Below are positions 32,360-42,693 of a stretch of 64,000 nucleotides of DNA, piece after piece; the stretch's first letter is position 1; each line of letters opens with the position of its first letter. A program made the translations under genes and the position numbers. The notes under the pieces are model-generated. The model was not told where the DNA came from and ran no database searches. It saw only the letters and a list, made by a program, of their open reading frames with translations. This DNA is from Escherichia coli (GTDB lineage: Bacteria; Pseudomonadota; Gammaproteobacteria; Enterobacterales; Enterobacteriaceae), in assembly GCF_003790525.1 (NCBI RefSeq), contig NZ_CP033635.1. One strand, written 5' to 3'.

Positions 32360-34462
32360 TTACTCAAATCGCCACGCAATATTCATGCCGACACCATAAT
32401 TTCGCCCGGGCGCAGGTTCGTAATATCGACCGTTTGACTCATTGACAATGACAGAACCAACGTATCCTTTATCGAATAAATTATCGACACGACCAAATAA
32501 ATCCACAGTCAAATTGTGGTAATTGTATTTATACCCGGTGAATAAGCCGACGAGAGTATAAGACGGCGCTTTGGCCGTATTTTCATCATCTGCCATAATA
32601 TCGCCCATATATCGCGCTTCCGTGCCTGCATACCAGCCTTCTTCCGGTACATAACCTATCGATGCAAAGCCCATATTACGGGCGATCCCTGGCATCCGGT
32701 TACCGTTACAATCCTGTTCATTGCACACATTGCTGCGATAGGTCGCATCAAGCCAGGTCCAGGACGCTTTTACGCGAAAATCTCCCGCGAAACGTTGATC
32801 CCATGCCAGTTCAGCGCCTTGACGACGGGTCTTTCCGGCATTTTTATATGTGGTACGCCCACCGCTACTGCTATCGACAACAATTTCATCATCGGTGTCG
32901 GTCTGGAACAATGCGAGACTCAGCAGCCCATCACCAATACGCGTTTTACTGCCGATCTCAATTGTATCGTTGGTAGATGGTTTTAAACCAAAGTTCATAC
33001 CGCTTTGCCCATCAGCGCGATAAGACAGTTCATTAATCGTCGGCGTTTCAAAACCACGCCCGGCTGCCAGATAGATATTCCAGGCATCGTTCATTGCATA
33101 TTTTAACGAACCGGCAGGTAGCCATTTGTGATAACTGGCATCACCGCTGTCATCGCCGTTACCCGGAGTAACGTAATGGTCGTTGGAATCAAACCATACG
33201 GAGCTGTAGCGCACGCCAGCATCCAGCGACAGTTTTTCGCTCAGCTGCCACTGTGTCTGTAAATAGGGATCGACATTCCACATCAGATTGCGTTCGTCGC
33301 GACGTAACTCACCTTTTTGCCCGTATTCCGGCACGCCGCTATTCAGGCGGAAGTTATTGTAGCCCTTGCGGTTTTCACTCATGTTTTCGTAGTTCAGGCC
33401 AGTAGTGAACGTGACCGGAACACCCAGCTCGCCATGGTGTGTCCAGCGGCTGTCTATCCCCTGATAATGGCGTTGCAGAGTAATCACGCCGCCCGCATGC
33501 GACGGATTAAGTTGAGGGGCCATCGGGATTGACTGGTACTGGGTCGTTTCTCGCTCTCCGGCATACATCATTACACTCATATCATCTTGCGCGCTCAGGC
33601 TACGTTCATAGCGCAACCCAGCCTGAGTTTGCTTGATGGTTTTTCGCGTGTCGTACTGTTCAGCGCGTGGCGCTTGTTGCGGATTCGCCTTCCATTCTGC
33701 TTCGGTTAGCCCACCTGGGTCATCTGCTTTGATATCCACACTATTGAAAATCAGGCTTAATTTGCTGGCTTCATCAATGCGAACGCCCAGTTTGGCATTG
33801 GCTAAATTTTTCTGTGCGCCACTATGGTCACGATAGCCGTGGGTCGTAAAACGCGTGGTTGAGACGGTGTAATCGACATCGCCAGGCTGTGTGCCGTCGC
33901 CCGTTGCGCCTGTTGCTTTCAGCCCATAGCGCCAGCTGCCAAAACTGCCGTAGTAACTACTGGCTTCAATGGTTGGTGGCTGTTGTCCGGTCTGGGTGAT
34001 GACATTCATTACACCGCCAGACGCGTTGCCATACAGAGCAGAGAAGGGGCCACGCAGCACTTCCACATTTTGCACACTGCTTAAATCGATGTTGGATGTT
34101 TGCCCTTGCCCGTCGGGCATGGTGGCGGGAATACCGTCCACATACAGGCGAATACCGCGAATTCCGTAAGTGGAGCGGGAGCCAAATCCGCGAATCGACA
34201 GCTGTAAATCTTGCGCATAGTTCTGCCGGTTTTGTACCTGCAAACCAGGCACGCCAGTCAGTGATTCAGACAAGTTAATGCGCGGTGTTGCCAGGCGCAT
34301 CTCCTCGCCATCCACCACGCTTACTGCTGCTGGCGTATCCAGTTCTGAAACCACCTGCGGCGCGGCACTGACAATCATGGTCTGTTCATCAGCGGCAAAA
34401 ACAACGGGGGAAAGGACAAGCAGTGCGGGCAAAACGGTCTGTCGGACGGAAAAAATCTTCAT
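32360..34462 (-). CDS. yncD: TonB-dependent outer-membrane receptor
   Basis: 700-aa ORF with signal peptide, TonB box (DEQTMIVSA), plug domain and C-terminal aromatic residue. Confidence 0.9.
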   Translation of the reverse strand: MKIFSVRQTVLPALLVLSPVVFAADEQTMIVSAAPQVVSELDTPAAVSVVDGEEMRLATPRINLSESLTGVPGLQVQNRQNYAQDLQLSIRGFGSRSTYGIRGIRLYVDGIPATMPDGQGQTSNIDLSSVQNVEVLRGPFSALYGNASGGVMNVITQTGQQPPTIEASSYYGSFGSWRYGLKATGATGDGTQPGDVDYTVSTTRFTTHGYRDHSGAQKNLANAKLGVRIDEASKLSLIFNSVDIKADDPGGLTEAEWKANPQQAPRAEQYDTRKTIKQTQAGLRYERSLSAQDDMSVMMYAGERETTQYQSIPMAPQLNPSHAGGVITLQRHYQGIDSRWTHHGELGVPVTFTTGLNYENMSENRKGYNNFRLNSGVPEYGQKGELRRDERNLMWNVDPYLQTQWQLSEKLSLDAGVRYSSVWFDSNDHYVTPGNGDDSGDASYHKWLPAGSLKYAMNDAWNIYLAAGRGFETPTINELSYRADGQSGMNFGLKPSTNDTIEIGSKTRIGDGLLSLALFQTDTDDEIVVDSSSGGRTTYKNAGKTRRQGAELAWDQRFAGDFRVKASWTWLDATYRSNVCNEQDCNGNRMPGIARNMGFASIGYVPEEGWYAGTEARYMGDIMADDENTAKAPSYTLVGLFTGYKYNYHNLTVDLFGRVDNLFDKGYVGSVIVNESNGRYYEPAPGRNYGVGMNIAWRFE

Positions 34463-34703
34463 GAAAAAAGCCAGGTTAAGAATGGGAAAACGCCGTCATG
34501 GTAATAAAATTGTAAATTTATGGAAAACGAAACGGCACGATACGTTAAGTAATTGAGAGAATTGTAGTCGTAACGGCAAGAAATGCTCCACATTTGAGAA
34601 AATAATGATTACCATTCCCATTTATAACAAGAGCGTAACGATGATTACGCTTAGCGAAGCATTGTGAAGCAGCAAAAATATCGGTTCATCAAAGGGAGTC
34701 GTC

Positions 34704-35765
34704 ATGCATTTACGTCATCTGTTTTCATCGCGCCTGCGTGGTTCATTACTGTTAGGTTCATTGCTTGTTGCTTCATCATTCAGTACGCAGGCCGCAGAAG
34801 AAATGCTGCGTAAAGCGGTAGGTAAAGGTGCCTACGAAATGGCTTATAGCCAGCAAGAAAACGCGCTGTGGCTCGCCACTTCGCAAAGCCGCAAACTGGA
34901 TAAAGGCGGCGTGGTTTATCGTCTTGATCCGGTTACTCTGGAAGTGACGCAGGCGATCCATAACGATCTCAAGCCGTTTGGTGCCACCATCAATAACACG
35001 ACTCAGACGTTGTGGTTTGGTAACACTGTAAACAGCGCGGTCACGGCGATAGATGCCAAAACGGGCGAAGTGAAAGGACGTCTGGTGCTTGATGAGCGTA
35101 AACGTACCGAAGAAGTGCGTCCGTTGCAGCCGCGTGAGCTGGTAGCTGATGATGCCACGAACACCGTTTACATCAGTGGTATTGGTAAAGAGAGCGTGAT
35201 TTGGGTCGTTGATGGCGAGAATATCAAACTGAAAACCGCCATCCAGAACACCGGTAAAATGAGTACCGGTTTAGCGCTGGATAGCAAAGGCAAACGTCTT
35301 TACACCACTAACGCTGACGGCGAATTGATTACCATCGACACCGCCGACAATAAAATCCTCAGCCGTAAAAAGCTGCTGGATGACGACAAAGAGCACTTCT
35401 TTATCAACATCAGCCTTGATACCACCAATCAGCGTGCATTTATCACCGATTCTAAAGCGGCAGAAGTGTTAGTGGTTGATACCCGTAATGGCAATATTCT
35501 TGCGAAGGTTGCGGCACCGGAATCACTGGCTGTGCTGTTTAACCCAGCGCGTAATGAAGCCTACGTGACGCATCGTCAGGCAGGTAAAGTCAGTGTGATT
35601 GACGCGAAAAGCTATAAAGTGGTGAAAACGTTCGATACGCCGACTCATCCGAACAGCCTGGCGCTGTCTGCAGATGGCAAAACGCTGTATGTCAGTGTGA
35701 AACAAAAATCCACTAAACAGCAGGAAGCTACCCAGCCGGACGATGTGATTCGTATTGCGCTGTAA
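34704..35765 (+). CDS. yncE: Periplasmic beta-propeller protein YncE
   Basis: 353-aa ORF with signal peptide and repeated beta-propeller blades. Confidence 0.9.
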   Translation: MHLRHLFSSRLRGSLLLGSLLVASSFSTQAAEEMLRKAVGKGAYEMAYSQQENALWLATSQSRKLDKGGVVYRLDPVTLEVTQAIHNDLKPFGATINNTTQTLWFGNTVNSAVTAIDAKTGEVKGRLVLDERKRTEEVRPLQPRELVADDATNTVYISGIGKESVIWVVDGENIKLKTAIQNTGKMSTGLALDSKGKRLYTTNADGELITIDTADNKILSRKKLLDDDKEHFFINISLDTTNQRAFITDSKAAEVLVVDTRNGNILAKVAAPESLAVLFNPARNEAYVTHRQAGKVSVIDAKSYKVVKTFDTPTHPNSLALSADGKTLYVSVKQKSTKQQEATQPDDVIRIAL

Positions 35766-35846
35766 TAGATATGGCGAGGGTGAAAACGGAGAGACTTGCC
35801 TGACTTTTATCACGCCGTATCCGGCACCTTCGTCAGTAATTTGAAT

Positions 35847-35873
35847 TTGCCCGGCACGTAGCCGGGCAATTTT
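35847..35873 (+). terminator. Rho-independent terminator after yncE (ttgcccggc-acgta-gccgggcaa + T4)
   Basis: 9-bp perfect stem followed by TTTT in the yncE-ansP convergent gap. Confidence 0.7.
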
Positions 35874-35877
35874 GCAA

Positions 35878-37377
35878 TTAACTCGCCGTTTCAGGCTTAA
35901 ACACAATTTCCTGTTGTTCTTCATCTTCCTCGACGACTGGCGCAGTGCTGTGAATTTCAGCAACGCGTTTGCGCACACCAAACCAGCCTATAACCAGCAG
36001 AATACCGATAATCGGTAGCGCCGCGATAGTATAAGTCCCGTTCGGGTAATCGAACGCCATCAGCACCAGAACACTCAGTAAAAACAGTAATGTCAGCCAG
36101 GAAGTGAAGGGCGCGCCAGGCAGTTTAAAACTGACATCCGCTGCTTTGCCTTCTTTAATCGCTTTACGCAGGCGCATCTGGCACACGATGATAAACGCCC
36201 ATGAAGCGATGATTCCCAGCGACGCGAAGTTCAACACAATCTCAAATACGCGCGACGGCACCAGATAGTTGAGGAATACGCCGACGACATACACAACCAG
36301 TGTCGCCAGAATCCCGGCATACGGCACATGCTGACGACTCATTTTCGCCATAAAACTCGGTGCGGAACCGCCCATCGCCATTGAGCGCAGAATGCGTCCG
36401 GTGCAGTACAGACCTGAATTCAGGCTGGAGAGGGCAGCGGTCAGCACCACAATGTTCATAATGCTGCCGATATATGGCACACCCAGTTTAGAGAAAAACG
36501 TCACGAACGGACTTTGCCCCGCCTGATACGCGCTCCACGGCAATAGCATAACCAGCAACACCACGGAGCCGACGTAAAACAGGCCAATACGCCAAATCAC
36601 ACTGTTAATCGCTTTAGGCACCATGGTCTGCGGATCTTTACATTCTCCGGCCGCTGTACCCACCATTTCAATAGAGGCAAAAGCAAACACTACGCCCTGA
36701 ATCAACACCAGCGCAGGCAGCAAACCGTGGGGGAAGAAGCCGCCATTATCGGTAATTAAATGAAAGCCAGTGGTGTTGCCATCCAGCGGCTGACCGCTAC
36801 CGAGGAACACTGTACCCACGACCAAAAAGGTCACGATGGCGAGCACTTTAATAAGCGCAAACCAGAACTCCATCTCCGCAAACCATTTCACACCAATCAT
36901 ATTCATGGTGCCAACGATGGTCAGCGCAGCGAGCGCAAAGACCCACTGCGGCACGCCGCCAAACGCACCCCAGTAATGCATATACAGAGCGACGGCGGTG
37001 ATATCGACAATCCCTGTCATCGCCCAGTTGATGAAGTACATCCAGCCTGCAACGTAAGCGGCTTTCTCTCCTAAAAACTCACGGGCATAAGAGACAAAAC
37101 TGCCACTGGAAGGGCGGTGTAGCACCAGCTCACCCAATGCACGCAGAATAAAAAATGAAAACAGGCCGCAGATTAAATAGACCAGTGCCAGTGCTGGCCC
37201 CGCCATTTGCAGTCGGGCTCCTGCACCTAAAAACAAGCCGGTGCCAATCGCGCCGCCAATGGCGATCATCTGAACCTGGCGATTGCCCATCGCTTTGTGA
37301 TACCCCTCTTCGTGGGCATTAAGCCAGCGGCGTTTCGCGGCGTGCTGATCTGAAGTGTCGGTGTCGTGTTTACTCAT
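35878..37377 (-). CDS. ansP: L-asparagine permease (APC family)
   Basis: ORF 35878..37428; start at MSKHDTDTSDQHAAKRRWLN (499 aa), 12-TM amino-acid permease. Confidence 0.92.
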   Translation of the reverse strand: MSKHDTDTSDQHAAKRRWLNAHEEGYHKAMGNRQVQMIAIGGAIGTGLFLGAGARLQMAGPALALVYLICGLFSFFILRALGELVLHRPSSGSFVSYAREFLGEKAAYVAGWMYFINWAMTGIVDITAVALYMHYWGAFGGVPQWVFALAALTIVGTMNMIGVKWFAEMEFWFALIKVLAIVTFLVVGTVFLGSGQPLDGNTTGFHLITDNGGFFPHGLLPALVLIQGVVFAFASIEMVGTAAGECKDPQTMVPKAINSVIWRIGLFYVGSVVLLVMLLPWSAYQAGQSPFVTFFSKLGVPYIGSIMNIVVLTAALSSLNSGLYCTGRILRSMAMGGSAPSFMAKMSRQHVPYAGILATLVVYVVGVFLNYLVPSRVFEIVLNFASLGIIASWAFIIVCQMRLRKAIKEGKAADVSFKLPGAPFTSWLTLLFLLSVLVLMAFDYPNGTYTIAALPIIGILLVIGWFGVRKRVAEIHSTAPVVEEDEEQQEIVFKPETAS

Positions 37378-37643
37378 TGCTCTCCCTGATTGCTTTAATG
37401 AAAAAGTCATATAAGTTGCCATGAACAATGTTTATTCATCCTGGCGATGATAGTTATCACCATTATTCTTTATGGGTATAAAACTATCGGCGCAGCATCC
37501 TACCCGTTATCGATAAACGATGCAAAACATCCCCTTACAATCCTGAAGGGGAATAATACAACTGACGAAAAAATGACAAATCCTTTTGCTGGTTAACCTG
37601 TGTACTGTCCTACACTTAATCTTTAAAAGATTGTGAGGGGCAT

Positions 37644-38261
37644 ATGATTAAGGTGTATGGCGTACCCGGCTGGGGCTCTACAATCAGTGAGCTGATGCTA
37701 ACACTGGCTGATATTCCTTATCAGTTCGTTGATGTCAGTGGTTTTGACCGCGAGGGAACTTCACGCGAGTTATTGAAAACCCTGAACCCGTTGTGTCAGA
37801 TTCCGACACTGGCGCTGGAAAATGACGAGATTATGACGGAGACAGCGGCGATTGCATTGATGGTTCTCGATCGTCGCCCGGACCTTGCGCCACCGCTTGG
37901 GCGCGTCGAACGTCAGCAGTTTCAACAGTTATTGGTCTGGCTGGTTGCTAATGTCTATCCAACATTCACTTTCGCCGATTACCCTGAGCGTTGGGCTCCT
38001 GACGCACCCGAACAGTTAAAGAATAATGTTATTGAATATCGTAAATCGCTTTATATCTGGCTGAATTCACAATTGACCGCTGAACCGTATGTGTTTGGAG
38101 AGCAACTAACGCTGGTGGACTGTTATCTCTGCACCATGCGCACATGGGGACCGGGACACGAATGGTTTCAGGATAATGCCCCGAACATCAATGCGATTGC
38201 TGATGCTGTATGTCAGATACCAAAGCTAAAAGGGATACTAAAGAGGAATGGAATCATTTAA
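37644..38261 (+). CDS. yncG: Glutathione S-transferase homolog YncG
   Basis: 205-aa ORF with GST N/C-domain pattern. Confidence 0.88.
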   Translation: MIKVYGVPGWGSTISELMLTLADIPYQFVDVSGFDREGTSRELLKTLNPLCQIPTLALENDEIMTETAAIALMVLDRRPDLAPPLGRVERQQFQQLLVWLVANVYPTFTFADYPERWAPDAPEQLKNNVIEYRKSLYIWLNSQLTAEPYVFGEQLTLVDCYLCTMRTWGPGHEWFQDNAPNINAIADAVCQIPKLKGILKRNGII

Positions 38262-38853
38262 TTATTTTTCCCATCGATTTCGCCCACTTTCTTTCGCCCG
38301 GTATAACGCAGCGTCGGCATCTGAAATAATTTGTTCAGCCGTTTTTGCGGGAGCAGAACAGGTAATCCCCTGACTAACCGTAACGAATGCATTAACAGCA
38401 GATGCCTGATGCGGGATAGCTGCCAGTTTAAGTTCTTGCTTCACTCTGGCTGCTACCGTCTCTGCTTCCGGCAATGTTGCATTAAAAAGTATGATGACAA
38501 ACTCTTCGCCACCATAACGGACAACAACATCCTCCGACTGGCGAGTTGAACGCTGTAGAGCGTCGGCAACTTGTATTAGACAACGATCCCCAGCAGGATG
38601 CCCGTAAGTGTCGTTGTAACGTTTAAAAAAATCGACATCCAGCATAATAAGAGCAAATGACCCGCCGTTATCTATCGCGTCGTGTAAGATACTGTTCATT
38701 GCACGTCGGTTTGCTATCCCAGTTAAAGGATCACGATGTGCTAATGCATCAAGGCGATTAATTAACTGGTTGTTATAACTGTTTTGTACCCATGCTTCTT
38801 CAAACCAACGTAACAAAATGAGTCGCCCACCATATAGCGCCAGTGAAAAAATA
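38262..38853 (-). pseudogene. Diguanylate cyclase (GGDEF domain, RYGGEEF active site), C-terminal part separated from its N-terminus by IS1
   Basis: Minus-strand frame ...SLALYGGRLILLRWFEEAW...DPLTGIANRRAM...RYGGEEFVIIL...LYRAKESGRNRWEK*; the apparent TTG start in the ORF track lies inside the IS1 inverted repeat. Confidence 0.8.
38846..38853. repeat. IS1 target-site duplication, left copy (AAAAAATA)
   Basis: Same 8-mer directly flanks the other IS1 end at 39622..39629. Confidence 0.7.
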
Positions 38854-38868
38854 GGTAATGACTCCAAC

Positions 38869-39372
38869 TTATTGATAGTGTTTTATGTTCAGATAATGCC
38901 CGATGACTTTGTCATGCAGCTCCACCGATTTTGAGAACGACAGCGACTTCCGTCCCAGCCGTGCCAGGTGCTGCCTCAGATTCAGGTTATGCCGCTCAAT
39001 TCGCTGCGTATATCGCTTGCTGATTACGTGCAGCTTTCCCTTCAGGCGGGATTCATACAGCGGCCAGCCATCCGTCATCCATATCACCACGTCAAAGGGT
39101 GACAGCAGGCTCATAAGACGCCCCAGCGTCGCCATCGTGCGTTCACCGAATACGTGCGCAACAACCGTCTTCCGGAGCCTGTCATACGCGTAAAACAGCC
39201 AGCGCTGGCGCGATTTAGCCCCGACATAGCCCCACTGTTCGTCCATTTCCGCACAGACGATGACGTCACTGCCCGGCTGTATGCGCGAGGTTACCGACTG
39301 CGGCCTGAGTTTTTTAAGTGACGTAAAATCGTGTTGAGGCCAACGCCCATAATGCGGGCTGTTGCCCGGCAT
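38869..39372 (-). CDS. insB: IS1 InsB (transposase catalytic part, expressed by -1 frameshift as InsAB')
   Basis: 167-aa [28 protein letters not shown]... recognised as IS1 InsB. Confidence 0.9.
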
Positions 39373-39566
39373 CCAACGCCATTCATGGCCATATCAATGA
39401 TTTTCTGGTGCGTACCGGGTTGAGAAGCGGTGTAAGTGAACTGCAGTTGCCATGTTTTACGGCAGTGAGAGCAGAGATAGCGCTGATGTCCGGCGGTGCT
39501 TTTGCCGTTACGCACCACCCCGTCAGTAGCTGAACAGGAGGGACAGCTGATAGAAACAGAAGCCAC
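39291..39566 (-). CDS. insA: IS1 InsA (zinc-finger repressor / transposase N-terminal part)
   Basis: 91-aa [46 protein letters not shown]... Confidence 0.9.
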
Positions 39567-39621
39567 TGGAGCACCTCAAAAACACCATCATATACTAAAT
39601 CAGTAAGTTGGCAGCATCACC

Positions 39622-40135
39622 AAAAAATACACCATACAACAGCAAAATGAATATTGATCTGTTGATTAAGCATAAGACTCGCTATTGGAGTGGTGAACCA
39701 TAAGGGAATGACAAATGCGAGCAATGATGGGGTATGGAAATAAAGTGCGATAACGCCACTAAGCATTAATAATACACATAGTGGATAAGCAAACTGCAGC
39801 GTCCAGTACGCAATAAAGTGATAACTACACCATGACCATAGCAGGCTCAGGGCAACTAATAGCACCTGGATAGGTAATGTTTTTTGCCGAGGGATGAGTA
39901 GTAAACCACTGCAAATCAGCAGAATACCCGTTGCAGATATATCAATAGAATGTATAAGGCTTTTTTCATTTAACCAGGGTGGAGTAAGGTCATTAAACAG
40001 AACACGGCGCAGCAAAATTATCAATGCAAAACTGACATTGATAAAAGCAAACCATGGCAAACTAATCGTCATGCCGCGAATAACCATATCGCGGCGGGTT
40101 TTCCATGAGTGATGCGTTTTTCTTCGTTCAGCCAT
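39622..40135 (-). pseudogene. Diguanylate cyclase N-terminal membrane-sensor portion (about 5 TM helices), truncated by IS1
   Basis: Frame MAERRKTHHSW...QINIHFAVVWCIF runs into the IS1 inverted repeat and stops there; in phase with 38262..38853 once IS1 and one 8-bp repeat are removed (about 366 aa). Confidence 0.75.
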
Positions 40136-40142
40136 TTTTTAA

Positions 40143-40167
40143 CCAAAAAAGGGCAGGATACCTGCCC
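40143..40167 (-). terminator. Rho-independent terminator of the alkylsulfatase gene (gggcagg-ata-cctgccc + T6 on minus strand)
   Basis: Perfect 7-bp stem followed by TTTTTT on the coding strand, 15 bp after the stop. Confidence 0.7.
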
Positions 40168-40181
40168 GGTATGCAGTAAAT

Positions 40182-42158
40182 TTATGGTGTCACTATATTG
40201 AACCAAAATTCAAAATTATCCATATAACCTAACAGCTCGTTGAGTTTTTCCGCATTGCCAGTAATTTTGACATCTTCTTTGGCCGTGGCTTCTTTCAGCG
40301 TCTCTTCTTTCAGTACAATTTTGTTCAATACATCACGAGACAGAGTGATAGTGGCATCAGCATCCGAAGCCTCTACACCAGCGGTATGATTGAGAACACC
40401 ATTTTCAAGCTCCACTTTATAGGTGCCGCCATCTTCACCAAAATCGAAATTCAACACGGTTTTGGCATCTGCCGCTTTCTCACCATTAATATGGACGGCA
40501 AGATAATCAAAGAACATCTCCGGCGTCATCGCACGCACGGTGTCTGGGCTGGCAGTATTTGGTGTTGGTAATTTTTGTACGCCATTACGCAATTCCTGTG
40601 CGCCAGTGAGATAGAAATTACGCCACGGCCCAGATTCAGCCTGATAGCCTAACTGCTCAAGCGCATCAGCTTCCAGATTTCTCGCTGCCTGGTTGTTTGG
40701 ATCGGTAAACACCACCTTACTAACAACTTGGGCAACCCAGCGGAAATTACCCTGGTCATAATCCTGTTTGGCTTTCTGTAAAATGGCATCAGCACCGCCC
40801 ATATACTCGACGAATTTTTTTGCGCCTTCTTCTGGCGGCAGTTCATCAAGCGTCGCGGGGTTACCATCAAACCAGCCGAGATAAAGCACGTAAGTTGCTT
40901 TCACGTCATGACTTACCGAACCGTAATAGCCGCGATTCGCCCAGGTATTAGCCAGTGAAGAGGGCAGTTTAAAGTTTGCGGCAATTTCATCACGGGTCAT
41001 CCCTTGATTTGCCATACGCAGAGTTTGATCATTGATGTAACGATACAAATCACGCTGGCTTTTAAGCAGTTTGACCACGTTATCGTTGCCCCAGGTTGGC
41101 CAGTGATGTTGAGCGAGAATAATCTCGGCTTTATCTCCCCATAAATTGAGAGCTTCGTTAATATATTTTGACCACGGCAGCGGTTGGCGAATTTTAGCCC
41201 CACGCAGCGAATAGGTGTTATGAAGGGTGTGCGTGACATCTTCAGCGGTTTCGATCAGTTTCTTTTCTTCAATAAACCACAGCATTTCAGAAGGCGCTTC
41301 AGAGCCTGGCGCCATCAAGAAATCATAGGTCAACCCGTCAATAGTTTCTTTTTGTCCGGTTTTGGTGATGTAGTTAGTAGGAGCAATCAACGTGACCGTT
41401 CCTGCTGAAGTGGTTGTTCCCAGTCCCGCGCCAACCTGGCCTTTAACATCAGGTTTCAATAAGTTGCCATACATATAACTGGCTCGTCGGCTCATCACAT
41501 TGCCAGCCATAATATTTTCGGAAACGGCTTCCTCCAAAAATCCGGCTGGCGCGTAGATTTTAACTTTGCCTGATTTAACGTCAGCTTCATCAATTACGCC
41601 GCGAACACCACCGTAGTGATCGACATGACTGTGTGTGTAGATAACCGCTACTACCGGTTTTTTGTCGCGATTTTTGTAATAGAGATCCATACCCACTTTG
41701 GCTGTTTCTGCTGAAACAAGGGGATCAACGATGGTAATACCCTCTTTGCCTTCAATGATGGTCATATTTGATAGATCGAGATTGCGAATCTGATAGACAC
41801 CTTCAGTTACTTCGAATAACCCGCTGATATTTATCAGTTGCGCCTGACGCCATAAACTTGGATTCACCGTATCAGGGGCTTTATCACCTTCTTTAATAAA
41901 AGCGTATTGTTGTGGATCCCAGATAACATTTCCTTTTTCGCCCTTAATCACGTCTTGAGGGATAGGGGCAACAAAACCTTTATGGGCATCAGTAAAGTCA
42001 GTGTTATCAGAAAACGGCAACTGGTTGTAGAGTAAATTGTTTGCTTGTTGCGTGGCTGCGGTGGCGTCTTTAGGGGCTTCCGCCGCGAGGAGTGGCAAAG
42101 AACTGGTGGTGAATAATCCCGTTATTAGCAGACTTTTAACAATATGATTAAGCTGCAT
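40182..42158 (-). CDS. Secreted metallo-beta-lactamase-fold alkyl/aryl-sulfatase (SdsA1/YjcS family)
   Basis: 658-aa ORF with signal peptide (LPLLAAEAP), MBL zinc motif YTHSHVDHYGG, size and layout typical of SdsA1-like alkylsulfatases. Confidence 0.8.
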   Translation of the reverse strand: MQLNHIVKSLLITGLFTTSSLPLLAAEAPKDATAATQQANNLLYNQLPFSDNTDFTDAHKGFVAPIPQDVIKGEKGNVIWDPQQYAFIKEGDKAPDTVNPSLWRQAQLINISGLFEVTEGVYQIRNLDLSNMTIIEGKEGITIVDPLVSAETAKVGMDLYYKNRDKKPVVAVIYTHSHVDHYGGVRGVIDEADVKSGKVKIYAPAGFLEEAVSENIMAGNVMSRRASYMYGNLLKPDVKGQVGAGLGTTTSAGTVTLIAPTNYITKTGQKETIDGLTYDFLMAPGSEAPSEMLWFIEEKKLIETAEDVTHTLHNTYSLRGAKIRQPLPWSKYINEALNLWGDKAEIILAQHHWPTWGNDNVVKLLKSQRDLYRYINDQTLRMANQGMTRDEIAANFKLPSSLANTWANRGYYGSVSHDVKATYVLYLGWFDGNPATLDELPPEEGAKKFVEYMGGADAILQKAKQDYDQGNFRWVAQVVSKVVFTDPNNQAARNLEADALEQLGYQAESGPWRNFYLTGAQELRNGVQKLPTPNTASPDTVRAMTPEMFFDYLAVHINGEKAADAKTVLNFDFGEDGGTYKVELENGVLNHTAGVEASDADATITLSRDVLNKIVLKEETLKEATAKEDVKITGNAEKLNELLGYMDNFEFWFNIVTP

Positions 42159-42462
42159 CTTAAGCGTCTCCAGAATGGACTTTTATTGGGGGTAATTACG
42201 GATGAAAATTTTTGTGAGGGCAAGAATAACTATAATGGGCGTTAATAAATTGGCAAGCCGGGAACTTGATGTTTTCTTAATGGCATGTTGGCGAAGAATA
42301 TATTCTGCAAGTTGACGTTTTTGTTGGCGCTTTATTTAAAAGGGTGTAGTACAAATCTGTACAAATTCAAGTAGGCATTATTGCCGTAAAAAAGCATCAC
42401 CGGACACATAACATTCACAACGTGTGTTAATTTTACTGACATCTTTCAAAAGGAGCACAATC

Positions 42463-42690
42463 ATGCCGCACATAGACATTAAATGTTTTCCACGTGAACT
42501 GGACGAACAACAAAAAGCAGCACTTGCTGCAGATATTACCGACGTTATTATTCGCCATCTGAACAGTAAAGACAGTTCGATAAGCATTGCTCTACAGCAG
42601 ATTCAACCAGAATCATGGCAAGCTATCTGGGACACCGAAATTGCGCCCCAAATGGAGACGCTGATAAAGAAACCTGGTTACAGCATGTAA
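42463..42690 (+). CDS. pptA: Tautomerase PptA (4-oxalocrotonate tautomerase family)
   Basis: Internal start [33 protein letters not shown] of ORF 42424..42690; catalytic Pro2; AAGGAG RBS. Confidence 0.88.
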   Translation: MPHIDIKCFPRELDEQQKAALAADITDVIIRHLNSKDSSISIALQQIQPESWQAIWDTEIAPQMETLIKKPGYSM

Positions 42691-42693
42691 TGC

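Larger units (their letters stand above)
38854..39621 (-). mobile_element. IS1 insertion sequence (768 bp) with 23-bp terminal inverted repeats
   Basis: Ends GGTAATGACTCCAACTTATTGAT (38854..38876) and ATCAGTAAGTTGGCAGCATCACC (39599..39621); contains insA and insB. Confidence 0.95.
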
